Origin: the human T2T-CHM13v2.0 reference genome, Homo sapiens
DNA length: 64,000 bases
Direction: 5' to 3' (one strand)
Assembly: GCF_009914755.1 (NCBI RefSeq)
Contig: NC_060928.1
The notes under the pieces were generated by a model that ran no database searches, was not told where the DNA came from, and saw only the letters and a list, made by a program, of their open reading frames with translations. This document shows positions 1 to 17,654 of the stretch, piece by piece. Both the position numbers and the translations under genes were made by a program. How positions within the stretch are numbered: position 1 is the first letter of the stretch; every line of letters begins with the position of its first letter.

Positions 1-629
1 CAATTATGTATCTTGGAGTTGCTCTTCTCGAGGAGTATCTTTGTGGCGTTCTCTGAATTTCCTGAATTTGAATGTTGGCCTGCCTTGCTAGGTTGGGGAG
101 GTTCTCCTGGGTAATATCCTGCAGAGTGTTTTCCAACTTGGTTCCATTCTGCCTGTCACTTTCAGGTACACCAATCAGACGTAGATTTGGTCTTTTCACA
201 TAGTCCCATATTTCTTGGGGGCTTTGTTCATTTCTTTTTATTCTTTTTTCTCTAAGCTTCTCTTCTTGCTTCATTTTATTCATTTGATCTTCCATCACTG
301 ACACCCTTTCTTCCAGTTGATCGAATTGTCTACTGAAGCTTGTGCATTCGTCACGTAGTTCTCGTGCCATGGTGTTCAGCTCCATCAGATCATTTAAGGA
401 CTTCTCTACATTGGTTATTCTAGTTAGCCATTCATCTAATCTTTTATCAAGGTTTTTAACTTCTTTGTGATGGGTTCGAACTTCCTCTTTTAGCTCAGAG
501 AAGTTTGGTCGTCTGAAGCCTTCTTCTCTCAGCTCATCAAAGTCATTCTCCGTCCAGCTTTGTTCTGTTGCTGGTGAGGAGTTGCGTTCCTTTGGAGGAG
601 GAGAGGCGCTGTGATTTTTAGAATTTTCA
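1..629 (-). mobile_element. L1PA LINE-1, ORF1 region; 5'-truncated near the start of ORF1 and continuing beyond the left edge of the window
   Basis: Reverse complement encodes ORF1p N-terminal motif ...SASPPPKERNSSPATEQSW...; similarity stops abruptly at ~629. Confidence 0.9.
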
Positions 630-3075
630 AATGACTGTTTAGATATTGCTAAAGTTTCATGGCAGTTTATTTTTACTTTTATTAAAAGTTTTAGGAGGTT
701 GACCTCAGTCCTTTTCTTGTCACAATGGGACAGCTTTTCTGAATGAAGACATTGAAAGAATACAGAGATTTTTCTATTTTATGTATGTTGAGGTTTAAGA
801 TGTTGCAGCTTCCCAGTGGCCTGATAGTATTTAGATAGCTATGTGTGTCTCTGTTTATGCTGATATTTAAGAATGCTCTTCAGATATGAAATTTTCTTTT
901 TGTTTTTGCTATTTGGCTCATAAATTAGATATTTCATGTGGAGTAGATAAGTACAATAGTGACAAGTGCATAGAATAATAAAGAAGACTTTGATCTTAAA
1001 TCTAAGAAACTTGGCTAATTCTGGGGATAGCCATATAAAAACTTTAAAAGAGGTACAGGTATGGTGGCACATGCCTATAATTTCGGCATTTTGGGAGGTA
1101 GAGGCAGGAGCATCACTTGAAGCCAGGAGTTTGAGACCAGCCTGGGCAACTAGCAAGAATCTATCTCTAAAGAAAACACACACACGTGCATTTTATATGT
1201 ATGACATATAGAAAGAAAGTAAATGTGGGATCACCCAAAGTCCTCATTTCTGCAACATTCATTTACAAATAAATAATGTTCAGTACATCCCAACACAAGA
1301 TTATTGGTTTTCTTTCTTTTTAAAAAATTATATATAGATTAAATATAAAATTATATTTTTTAAAAAAACTAAAACAGAAGTATGGGTAGGTTGTTTAAGG
1401 TGACCTTATGTCAGATAGCCATAGGTTAAGTATCTTCGAAGAACTTGGATATTATTTCAGAAGAAAAAAAAATTTTAACTTGAACACATAAATATTACAG
1501 AGAAAACACCAATACCTTCCTGTGCAGTCCTGTTGGAATTTGGACATGCCATGAGGTGTTGAAGCCTTGTTTCACTGAGTTGGACAGACTGGATGTAAAT
1601 GGCACAGTGTGACTTTGCTCCATCCTGCCTTGATTTTCCTACTCCACCATCATCAACAAAGTTGTTATAGAATTTTGAGAAGCATTCTGAAAACTTCATG
1701 GACATAAAATTGTTATGATGTAAATTATCAACAACACAACTCTTCAGATGACTTTGATTCTGGTGTTGGATGTCTTAATGGTGGTAACTTTGTATGCAAA
1801 GAAAAACATGGATGGCATACACATGGAAGAAATGGTACTGAACACATAAATCATCGAGGCGGATACCATGGTAGAAGTTCCTGTTCTTATAGCAGTATTT
1901 TCCATTCTGGGAAAAGACAGGTCTACATCAAAACAACATCCCTGATAATGAAACGAGGAGGAAAGAAGACAAGAGCGATTGCAAGCCATTTGAGGCTGAG
2001 GATTTTCTATCTTTAAATCTTCAACATGAGGGAGAAACAAATCAGAACAGATCTTTAGCTGCAGGTGTGTGGGAATACCTCCAAATCCTAAATCTAGAGC
2101 TCCAAGGTACTGAGGGCCAATATATTGAACTCTGGTCATTAAGCTATGTAATACAAAATAATAGACTCACAGACAGCTGGATTGCCAGTAGTAGGATATC
2201 TTCAGTAACAGCCAGGTAAGAACGGAAGTCATTCAAGTGTTTACAAAGATTTAGTCTCTAAATCTGCTGCTCTACCTACAAAACCTACGCAATGGAAAAG
2301 CCCAGCTAAAGAGAATAAACTTGGGACTTCTTTTCCTCATGAGTCTACATATGGTATTGGCAACTTTAATGCTTTTAAATCAACTACCAAGAATTTTAGT
2401 CCATCAACAAATTCAGTGAAAGAGGGTCATCACTCAAACTCCTCTTTGCCTGTTGACAAACTTAATCAGCAGCCTTGTCTAACCAAACTGACACAGTGGT
2501 AAGAAGAGTGCATTTTTGAAAGCCCTGAAAAGGGACAGAGTAGAAAAAGAACATAAAGATGAAAGGCATTACTGGCTCACAGACAGATGATGTCTCATTT
2601 AATTTATATAACAGCAATAGTACTCACTGATATGAACCAAAACTTTGAGGAAAATAAAATTCCACAGGAGGATGACAGTGCCCCACTTTGTGCACTCCCC
2701 CAACCCCCAGAATAAACAAAAAGTGGACTGTAGATGCTGGCTAAAACTGGAGCAAAGAGCACTAAAACATTAATTTCCTGATCTCAACTGTAGTATTGGT
2801 CATATTTTAAAACATGAATTGTTCTTTAGTCATTTGTAGTGCAGTAAATGTTATAGGAAAGACTTGGCCACATTTTCTTCCAAATTTTAGGAGGTGATTT
2901 TCAAGAGCCTTCTTTGGGTAGGTTGTCAGACCCAGATTTTCAGAGTAGATGGAGAAGAGTCTTGTGGGAAAACTTATTTTGACAAAATTATTACACATGC
3001 AGAAAAACCCGATTACACTGACTAGATCTGTTCATAACACAAAAAATAAACTGGATTTTAGGGGGGAAAAAAGAA
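630..3075 (+). pseudogene. Processed pseudogene of GPBP1 (vasculin / GC-rich promoter binding protein 1), with probable UTR-derived flanks; CDS-homologous part ~1599-2682
   Basis: ATG 1599 gives MAQCDFAPSCLDFPTPPSSTK (GPBP1 MAQHDFAPAWLNFPTPPSSTK), then in-frame TAG at 1668. Later blocks match HGRNGTE.INHRGGYHG, NIPDNET.RKEDK, FEAEDF.SLN, SLAAGVWE, KPTQWKS, NFNAFKST.KNFSPSTNSVKE, PVDKLNQQP.LTKLT and NF.EN.IPQE, contiguous without introns and with frameshifts. AATAAA at 3045 followed by an A-rich tract. UTR boundaries are inferred. Confidence 0.85.
1052..1175 (+). mobile_element. Alu left monomer (FLAM/AluJ-like fragment)
   Basis: ggtggcacatgcctataatttcggcattttgggagg...ggagtttgagaccagcctgggcaac. 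Confidence 0.8.
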
Positions 3076-4095
3076 GAGAGAGGCACAGATTAGTACGCCG
3101 ATGGAAAAAAAAAAAAAGAGAGTGGAAAGCATCTCTGGCACCTGTTTATTATGATGTGGTCTCTAAGCAAAGAGAGAGGATAAAAAAGATGGATTTTAAG
3201 CCCTTAAAATTGGGGATTTTGAGGGGGATTGTAACCACAAACCACAAGACTCAAAGCCAATCCAACTGAAGGACAGAGTGTCAAATTCATGAACCAAAAC
3301 AAGAATAAGCTCTATCCTTCTAATTTAAACTACACGTCAATTTTTCTTATTTAAAATACATTTCAATTTGGAATTATTCACACTGACATATCATGTGAGA
3401 CATGGATATAAAAGATGCACTAAAAAAGTTCATAAAGAGAACACACTAAAATCTGACTTCAGAGATAAGCCAGACGTCCAACTCTGGAAATGGTATTTCA
3501 GTATCAGTTACCTGTCTGCACCCCTGAACCATCAGAAGTACTTGTTTGAGGTAACATCGTGTACAGCTATTGGGTTTCACAGACCATCTGTTTTTAGTCA
3601 TAGTAACTACATAAATGAGATATAATGACAAGGAAAGTTCTGGAAGTCATTTTGACTTTACTAGGCTCCGTATAACCTCCATTCCACCCCATCCAGGGCC
3701 TCTTACACAAGCTATCTTAATGGAAGTGGAAGGAAGTGAAGATACATGAGATCAGTGCAGAAAACAGAGGTGGCAAAAGGTTACCTCTATTTTGGATCAA
3801 GTTATTACAGAAGTTTTAATGTATTATGAAGTCATTTTTAATAAAATGTGCTACAGGAATACAAGAAACTATGCTGTTATGGTTTTTAAATGCCATGATA
3901 TTTATAAGCAACATATGAGGAAATTTTTATAAAGAATTGGCTATGTTCTAAGGCAGTTATAAAATACAGAAGTTGGTACCAATCAACTCTCTAAGGTGGT
4001 TGTTAACAGTTTCTCTTCCTCCTTCTCCTCCTTCTAATGCACTGCATAATCTTTTTCTTTGGCAAACAGTAGCAACTACTTCTGCAGTTCTTTTC

Positions 4096-7775
<3,680 letters not shown>

Positions 7776-9479
7776 GTCTTAATTTCACCCTGAACAGTCT
7801 ATAACTTCTGTATAAATTAAAAGCAACATGGATCCATGGATCCAATTGGTTAATGTGGATATCACTTTGGTTTCAGGAATGAATCCAAATGAGAGATATA
7901 ACAGTGTTATATAACAATAGTAGTGACACTATTTGAGAATTGGTGGGTTTGCATAAACACAGCCCCTCACACATCTCTTCAGACTTGGTTAATGATGAAG
8001 TCTCTATGAAAAGACTTGATAGCATACTTTGGATCCACTGAGCCAGCATAAATTGATATTCAGCTTTCTCAAAGTTGTTGACAGAAGTAGCAGACTCTAA
8101 ATATTTAAGGAATTTACTGACTGAGGAGGGCATAGAACAGTTCAGCCCTCCTCTCTCCGATAATGATTTTTGAGGAGTTTATTCTTGTCTGTCTTTCTGA
8201 GAACAATGTGAATTTTTCCCTGAGAACTAGTGTGTTTTCTTTTCAGAGATGACATAAAAATATGTAATCTTTTTCTTGTGCCCTTTTTTCTTTGAAAACC
8301 AGGAAACTTAGAACCAAATCTGTTGCTCAACTTTAGTAACTGTGTAGAACACCATGACCTGCATATTTTAAACTCGTTTTTCCCCATCTTGCATTATTGT
8401 ATGTCTTCCCTCATTCAGATTTCAATTATAGTTTTTCTATTTTATTACATGAATTAATGTAATCTTTTATCAAGTCCACTCAATATGAAAAGTGTTTGAT
8501 GATATTGGAATCAATTGGAATCATTTCCAAATTGCATAATTAGAAAAATGTTTTCTTTTAATTGTCAGCCAAAGAAAAATTGAAAAGTTATCCTGGTGAG
8601 GTTTTCTGAGCTTCTAAAGGAACTTAGAGATAAATTTTGTATCAGAAGGTGTCAGCATCACTTCCAGAGCTAACCTTCATCACAGTTCACTCTAAACTTC
8701 AAATTTCTCCAACCTGGGAACTAGTAGTGATCATCTTACTTGGTTACATGCGGGAAGACTAGAAGGTGAGATAACAATCACCAAGGTACACACAGGACAC
8801 AGCACCTAGATGGTATTTGTAATCATTGAAACACTTATTTATGCTGTCTTTCCTATTTCATTTCCTAGGGTAGCAGTTCATATTTTTATTAGAGAATGAA
8901 ATATTTAGACATGTCATTGGCTAGTGTATTTTCTGAGTGAGTATGCTTATATAAAAGTCAATTCAGCTTTCTCTAGAAATTTTTCAAATTCTGTTCAGAC
9001 CCTTTTAAGTATTCAATACTCATGACAAAGCAAGGTTTTTCATTATACTTACAAGAAAAATTGGTCTCAAAGCTTTTGAAAGAGAAATTACACTGGAGCC
9101 TTAGAAGATGCTTTTATTTTTTATTACATTGTGCTGCTGTTGCCAAAAAACTGATTTTAAAAGGCCAACGACTTGTTTCTATCCATTATTACTATAATAC
9201 AGAAAATGTACACATTAGAGAATTAGATAACCCCTCCAGAAGCTATGACAATTTCATCACTGCCAATCCAAAACAATATTTTGCAAGGTCAGATCTTCTA
9301 GATAAGAAGAATAAAAAAACCTAATCTATCATCTTGAAGCTTCATCTTAGCTAGAGGTAGTATGGTAGATGTAGTGTTTGGCTTCTGCCTCCTGCCTTAT
9401 CCTCAGGTACCTTCTATTTAATGAGGATTATTATTGAAGCCGATGTTTTTTGATTCCCAATCATGTCCCATCTCTAGAC

Positions 9480-9640
9480 CAGTGGCTGCACTATTAAGAT
9501 CACATGATGAACTCTTAAAACTCTTGATGCCAAAGCCAAACCCAGATCAGTTGAATCAGGATATCTGGAGGAAAGACCTGTATATGCACCAATTGTAAGT
9601 TCCTCCGGTGTTTCCATTAAGCAAACAAGTTTGAAATCCA
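9480..9640. mobile_element. MER5-like hAT-Charlie MITE
   Basis: ctagaccagtggctgcac...ttaaaactcttgatgcc...cccagatcagttgaatcag. Confidence 0.55.
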
Positions 9641-11298
9641 ACTTCACATTTAATTAAATAATTTTAAGGTATATGTAATTAGAATCAAGAATCTCATTAC
9701 ACATGTAAAATAATCCAATCAATAAATGATGTAACTTAAAGATCTCTCTTGGCAATAAGTGTCGCCTTGTTTTCTACTATCTCCTCATTCTGAAATTAAC
9801 AACAGAATCTGAATTAGAGTTTTATTGGTAAACTGAGGCAAGTTCTATAAAACCCTTTATTATCAATTTTATTCAGGATAATTTTTGAGAAATTTTATAT
9901 TCTTAGTTTAAATTGAGAGAGGGGTCTCAGAGTCAATTACTTTAAAATTAAAAAGATAAATTCAATGTCAAAACAATTTGCTTGTAAAATATATAGGGAG
10001 AGGGCTTTTAAAAGCACAATTTCTTTAGAATAAAATGCAATGAGCAAGTTCAAATTCTTCTTGAAAAAAATAACTTGAAAGAAGCAGCAATTCTATTTTG
10101 TTCCAAAAAATTGGTATTTGAGGGAGAAGAAAAGGCAATGAATATCAAACCTCATTTTTCTGTCATGAATCAGCTTCAAACAAAAAATAGATAGGGTTTG
10201 CCGTCTTCTTGTTGGATTTTTCCAAAATCTGATTTATTGAGGAATTTATCTGGAATACAGGCAGTGTTACAAGTATATATACAAAATATCCAAAGAGCCA
10301 TGGACTATAAACAAACTCTTATTTATACTGTATATCAACCTTATTCACATTTTCAAAGGAAAAAGTTGAGATACAAAGACATTCCATGACTCATCGAAGG
10401 GCATCAAGTAAATTCAATCAGCAGGAAAAGGAGAAGTAAAGTCTAAATTTACTCATTTTTATGTCAGTATCCCTGAATCCCAGTAGTTTGCACAACAGCC
10501 TCTTTTTCCATGAATGCATCCCAGTTTATACAAATTATAGTTCAAGACCCTTGCCAGAGTTTCAAATATCTCTTAAAAGAAGAAAACACTTATACCTCTT
10601 TTAAAGCTCTGTTCTTTGAGATTTCTGAAACTAATGGTGGGATTTAGTCTTTTGACATCGGTCAATGGAAGCATTCATCCCTGATAGGGAAGGAGACTAC
10701 CATGTCCAATAAACTGAATAAACTTTCCAAGAACGATTCATGTTTGTGGAAAGATCCACATGTAGTGTTCCAAAGTCTGCCTTTCTGAGCTATCTTCTGT
10801 GCCTGTCATCAGACCAGCTGCATAAACCAGCACCTAGCCTTTCCAAGAATTTCCAGTTTTGCTTCCATGAATCATGTTACTGACCTTAGCAAGTGCTTAG
10901 AAACTCTTATCTTGCCATAGAAATTGGAGTTTTCTGTCACAGCAAGGGCTATGACTGCTGAGCAGGAATGGGTCGTATTGGGAAAATGGATTGCTTATTT
11001 TCATAAGAATACTAGCCTCAAACTCGAATGTCTAAAATCATTTCATAATTTCCTCTTTATTTACAGCAGAGATGCATTTTAAGATTATTGAAAAGCAAAA
11101 CCCAATAATGCTATTTGGAAGATGGGCACATATTGATAGCCGAGACTCCTGAGCATGGCCAATTTAGCTGGTATCTGGTAACCAAACAAGACTGTCATTT
11201 AGTACTTACTTTATGTCATAATTTCCAAGTAAGCCTTACCAACTACAAGGATTATATCATTATTACTCAGAATATGCCAGTCAAGAAGTCAATATTCC

Positions 11299-11601
<303 letters not shown>

Positions 11602-13071
11602 TCAATATTCCAGGAGAGCTTAACCTTCCCCTTGTTGAGACAATTTACCCAAAACACCTCAGTGGTATGCCTTTCTCTAGTCTAGGAAGTACTACCCAAC
11701 TCTCAGACATCATCCTTCCTTTTTCCAGAGATGAGGAATTATATTCTTCTAAGACACAGTTACGGACCCATCACCTGTTACTAGACTCTCAAACTCTCAC
11801 GTTTCCATATTCTTGCTCTGTTAGATTCCGTTCCTTGATCTTTCTGTCTGAATTGTACCACCCCCTCCAAACCTCTGCTGTAACTCTTCAGTAGTCTCTC
11901 CATGAGCCTATACCCCTGATGTCACTATCTCTTGACTCTGATGTCAGCTTCATCCTCTGAATTTAGGTACTTGCTTTTCTCATCTTGCAATGTTAACTCA
12001 CTTGGCTTTCTCCAACTTGTGACCTGACGCTCTCCTCTCTGTGCCGCATCCACCAAGCTCTCTGGTCACTTGTGCCATTTTGTACTGACCAATTTTCATT
12101 GCAATCCATCACCCAGGACTGACAGCTGTACATGAAAACACATATTATATAGAAGCTGGGAACGTTTCTCAGACAGAAATACACTGATCTTTTAAAAAAC
12201 AACAAATGGTCTTTATTTCACATACAGCATGAGTATCTGTATAAGTAGTAAAATGAGCAACTCACTGAGAGACAACTTTTTAAAAATAAATAAAACTCAG
12301 AAAAACAATGTGTCAAAGACAACAGATAGTCAAATAATACAGCATGTATAAAACATCTGGGCAAAAACCAATTTGCTAAGTGAAGTGGTTAGAAAAGGAC
12401 AAACAAAACACACCAGAGATTTTTATAAACAAAACAATATGTGTACTTTTCAGATAGTCATTTCATTGAAATAGGGAGACCCCCCTCCCCAAACAGTAGC
12501 ATTTTTAAAATGGAGTTGACTCCTTTTGGAAATAATGTGTAAAAATCAGAATTTTTTCTCATATTCAATCTTTTAGCGAATAATGTAAACTCATAACAGC
12601 ATTTTAGTGGGTATGCTACTCAATATGATCTTCTGCAATTAGTTTCACATGTGACTCTTGCCCTCTTGTGCAATTACTAAAGGATATAAAGAGACTTGAA
12701 GGTTAACAACAATGTATCATGTTTTATCTTTGCTGTTCCAATGTGTATGCACACTTGCATATGCACACATAAACTCTTTCTAAAATCACCATGGGAATAA
12801 TAACTAAGGTCATCTGAGTTTATACCCTTTATGGGGACAGGGGTAGGTTATGCAGTCATTGCAGAAGGAAACTTCTGATGTCCCTTTATTCTTACGGAGC
12901 AGGAGTGGTAAGGCAAAGATCACTCCCTCAGATCAAACTGGTGTCATAACCTGTGAAAAGAACATGGAACAAGGAGAATCAACCTAAACAACTTTATAAG
13001 AAACATTTCTAAGAATGTAGTGCAGTGTTAAGTGAAGGCTGAAGACCAAGCTGAAGAAAGAGATTGTTTTT

Positions 13072-14201
13072 CCATTATCTTCCAGAGTTTCTTTGTGCCC
13101 ATTTTCTTTTTTCTGTTTATTTCTTTTTATTTTGTTATTTTACTTTAAGTTCTAGGATACATGTGCTGAATGTGCCAGTTTGTTACATAAGTATACATGT
13201 GCCATGGTGGTTTGCTGCACCTATCAACCCATCATCTAGGTTTTAAGCTCCGCGTGCATTAAGTATTTGTCCTAATGCTCTCCCTCCCCTATCCCCCCAC
13301 CCCGTGACAGGCCCCAGTGTGTGATGTTCCCCTCCCTGTGTCCACGTGTTCTCATTGTTCAGCTCCCACTTATGAGTGAGAACATGCAGTGTTTGGTTTT
13401 CTCTTCCTGTGTTAGTCTGCTGAGGATGATGGTTTCCAGCTTCATCCATGTCCCTGCAAAGGACATGAACTCATTCTTTTTATGGCTGCATAGTATTCCA
13501 TGGTGTATATGTGCCACATTTTCTTTATCCAGTCTATCATTGATGGGCGTTTGGGTTGGTTCCAAGTCTTTGCTATTATAAATAGTGCTGCAATAAACAC
13601 ATGTGTGCATGTGTCTTTATAGTAGAATGATTTATAGGCATGGGCAAAGACTTCATGACTAAAACACTAAAAGCAATTGCAACAAAAGCCAAAATTGACC
13701 AATGGGATCTAATTAAACTAAAGAGCTTCTGCTCAGCAAAGTAAACTATCATCAGAGTGAATAGATAACCTACAGAATAAGAGAAAATTTTTGCAATCTA
13801 TCTGACAAGGGCCTAATATCCAGAATCTACAAGGAACTTAAACAAGTTTACGAGAAAAAAAACAACCCCATCAAAAAGTGGGCAATGGATATGAATAGAC
13901 ACTTCTCAAAAGAAGACATTTATGTGGCCAACAAACTTATGAATAAAAGCTCATCATCACTGGTCATTAGAAAAATGCAAATGAAAACCATAATGAGATA
14001 CCATCTCATGCCAGTTAGAATGGCGATCATTAAAAAGCCTGGAAACAACAGATGCTGGCAAGGATGTGGGGAAATAGGAATGTTTTTACACTGTTGGTGG
14101 GAGTGTAAATTAGTTCAACCATTGTGGAAGACAGTGTGGTGATTCCTCAAGGATCTAGAACCAGAAATACCATTTGACCCAGCAGTCCCATTACTGGGTA
14201 T
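13072..14201 (-). mobile_element. L1PA7/8-like, 5'-truncated with 5' inversion (13106-13636 minus, 13637-14201 plus), plus ~30 nt non-L1 sequence 3' of the tail
   Basis: ORF2 C-terminal peptides on both strands; TSD aaagagaYtgttttt at 13057-13071 and 14202-14216. Confidence 0.9.
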
Positions 14202-14354
14202 AAAGAGACTGTTTTTAGAGACAATTACTGGCAGAATCCTCTGAGCAACGCTGCTCTCTGACAATGTTTTCTCTCTGAGAGCAGTTGGGCCCACCACTTC
14301 CCAAACATAACAACAAAGAGTATCTCCCTTGTCAAGACCACATACTGTAAATTT

Positions 14355-14555
14355 AGACAGATGCAGGTTCAAATCCCAACCACTTATGTGCCATTTAAGT
14401 TCTGTGACTTGGAGCATCTTGTTTAATTTCTCCAAGCTTTAATTTCCTCATCTAAGAAATAGAGATAATAATATCATCCCCATAATTACCGTTAAATGTA
14501 AAGCATTTAGCTCTGGTGTTTGGCACAGAGCAGGTACTCAACAAATGTTAGCTAA
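14355..14555 (+). mobile_element. MIR SINE
   Basis: ggttcaaatcccaaccactt...tgtgacttgg...tttcctcatct..aaatagagataata...gtaaagcatttag...tggcacagagcaggtactcaacaaatgttagc. Confidence 0.75.
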
Positions 14556-15164
14556 AATGATAAACATTAATAACATTAATAAACTGATATTTAGAAACAA
14601 TCCATTTGTTTCTCACCAGGTTTACTTTGGTTCTCAAATGGCCTGATTGCCCCATCTGGTTGCCAAACTCTTAACTATTTCAATATAACTGGAGTTCAGG
14701 CAGTGTGTAATGGTAAGACAGTCCCCATCAACTAATTATGCCTGCACCATTTTATATTTCTTCAGTGTTTCATGTGTGTCTAGTCATTTGGTAAGTCCTT
14801 TGGAATTTATAATAACACCTTCCCTAAGAGACTGTAGGTTGAGCTCATGGAACTGGCTAAGGCAAACAGCATTATCCTGATTAGAAAGACAAATACAGGT
14901 GGGAAATAAGCACAAGCCTACTCCAGGAGAAGAAGCTACAAATCAGAAGCTCACAGTTCAGTTAGGAGAGCTTAAAAAAGAAGTTAACCGCAGAACATGA
15001 CTTAGTGGGAGGTTGAATAGCAACATGGAACTGAGAGAAAGTCTTAGAGAGAAGGCAGTTGCCTGGCTTGGGTGGTGTGTCATATTTCTCCTTATCCCGC
15101 TTGTTAAAGATGTGTTTTAGTAGCTCAACAAGTTCTGCAGAAGAAGAAATAGGTTTAGATGACT

Positions 15165-15706
15165 TTGGATGGGAGGAAATTTCTTATACCCATCTTAGGT
15201 ACATTGGCTGGAACCCTGAGTATTAGACTGACAAAAGACACATTCACAAGAGAAAAATAAACAGTTTATGAATGTGTGTAGTGCACATCACATGGAAGAA
15301 ACCTCATTGATGAGTAACTCAAAGTTGTGGTTAGAACTTCAGCTTATATAGCCTCTTAGCAAAGAAAAAGAAATTTATAGAGAAGGGACAAGACAAAGGA
15401 AAAGGGTTTTAGGCTTCCAAAGGTGGCAAACTGTGGGAAGGTAACTATGTGTGGGAAACAGAGTAAGATTTGTTTATGCGGGTCCATCTCAGGACTGACT
15501 TTCCATCTTTTTTGTGGTCATAAAACTTCCACAGGAGAGATGATTTATGGTGGTTCTCATTTCTCAGAAATTTCTGCTTTTAGTTAAATAAGAGAAGCTC
15601 TGGAAAGGTTTCTTTCTTCATCTGTTGTTTCTTATTTGCCTCCAACTCAAAATAATCTTTATGCCAAGGTAACACATTTTGGAGTGGCACATTTTGCTCC
15701 CCTACA
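15165..15706 (-). mobile_element. Solo LTR, MER34/MER39-like (ERV1)
   Basis: Right end reverse-complements to TGTAGGGGAGCAAAATGTGCCACTCCAAAATGTG...GGCATAAAGATTATTTTGAG, like the MER34-family 5' end. Confidence 0.7.
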
Positions 15707-17029
15707 ACTTCCTAGAGCAGGAAAACCATGTTAATTACTTGCACCCACATAAGCAGTGGGACAGAAACTCTATAATCTTCTACCACCCAAGCTAATGAGC
15801 TCACCATTAAAAGTCACCCACTAACACATGTACTCTCTATGATCCACCTGGATAGGCGTGTGACTTTAATAGATAATTTTGAAGTTAACTATAAAGCACT
15901 AGAAGCATAAAAATTGTAGTGGAAGAACTGCAAGTGGAAGAAATGGGAAACTTTTTCCAAAAATAAGAATCCAAACCCAGTAAAGAGCCACAGCTCCAGG
16001 TGTTTGGGAATCTAGCCTGGGGACTCTTCAAAACTCAAGGAGCACTGTACTGCAGGGCCCACTGACCTCCCTGAGACTATCATGATGCACAAAGGATCCT
16101 TTCTGCAGTGTGATCACCGGGTGTCTGCTTTTCTAAGAGGCAACATCATTTTATAAATATTTCCTATGGGATCAATGTGTGTATATAACAAAAAATAAAT
16201 GTCTAGCCGAGTGTCTTATTTTTTAATATTGTGTTATCTTTAAGAGCAAGGCAGTGCCCTCATCTTCACCTGTGTTGTTCATGTGTATAGATATTGCCTA
16301 TAAAACACATCTTTCAAACATAATGACTAAATTCTGACATTCATTACCTGGAAGGCATTTGCATTTTCTTCTTGGCTTCTACAGCATATCACTGCGTGTT
16401 CAAAGCACCTAAGGAGAGGTGAGGAAGGACATCTGAAAACATTCATTTTATCAAGGTAGATAATAGGAAAATATCCGAAGAACCTATTCAAAAAAATGCC
16501 AGAATTATCAAAGTGGAAAACATTAGCATGCACACACATCCTTGGGCTCCTGACGTGACATCAACTATTTTATGGACACTGGTAGCTTAAAAGAGATCTT
16601 GCTGAGCACTTCAAAGACTGTCAATGTACATGAGGTCTAGAACAGCAGATAATGAAAATTTTTTGTACCATATCCTCAATTGCTCACATTGTTAAAGGTT
16701 CACCTTTTCTAATTCTCCTTTAATTCAGTGGGGCAGGAAAAGAAGTTTATTCTTGCCTTGCTCCATCTCATCACTTCTAAACCACTAATTTATCACCTTC
16801 CTTCCATGTATCTTCATTTGAATTTCAAATTTACCGTTATCTCCAAAGCACCACTGAACTCCAAGAACTATTTCAAAGTTTTGAGATAACTTAAAAACTG
16901 ACCAAAATTTTTCTTGTTCTCCTCAACCCTGAGAGTCTTCCCCTAGTCCCACCCCACTTAATCATGCATTTATTTACTCATTTATCCATTTATTAATTCA
17001 CCAAGTATTGACTTCCTACTATCATGGCC

Positions 17030-17443
17030 AGTATACCTAGGACTGCCTAGACCTAAGAGGCTTAGACAACAGATATTTATTGTCTCACAGTTCTGAAGGC
17101 TAAAAATCCAAGATCAATGTGCTAGCAAGGTTGACTCCTACCAAGGGCTGTGAAGAGAGGATTTGTTCCAGGTCTGTCTCCTTGGCTTGATCATTTTCTT
17201 TCTATGTTTCTTCATACCATCTTTCTTTTTTGTATGTCTGTGTCCAAACTTCCCTTTTTTATAAGTACACTAGACATGTTGGTTTAAGGGCCCACCCTAC
17301 TCCAGTGTGACCTCATCTTAACTAATTACATCTGCAATGACATATTTTCAAATATAGTCATATTCTGGGCAACATGGTGAGGGACTGGTGGTTATGACTT
17401 CAGCAAATGAATTTGGGGTGCAAGGGACAATTTAATTCATAAC
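17030..17443 (-). mobile_element. MaLR solo LTR (MLT1B/C-like)
   Basis: ggcttagacaacagatatttattgtctcacagttctg...gggcccaccctactccagtgtgacctcatcttaactaattacatctgcaatgac...cataaca. Confidence 0.8.
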
Positions 17444-17654
17444 AGCCAAGTACAATGCTAAGTACTAAAGATAAAAGACCCTGTCTGACATTCTCTTCAA
17501 CCCCTAGATCTAACCAAAGGCCTTTGCCTCCTACTTTGGAATAAAAACAAGGCTTATTTTGTAGAAATTCCATCAACTGTCATCTTCTCTACCTCTTTAT
17601 CACATATATTCTCTTGTATTATTTGTGCTTCCATCCTTCCTACTAAGCAAACTA

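Noticed and set aside
1744-2139. 131-aa minus-strand ORF
   Set aside because: Antisense frame of the GPBP1 pseudogene with no recognisable protein similarity.
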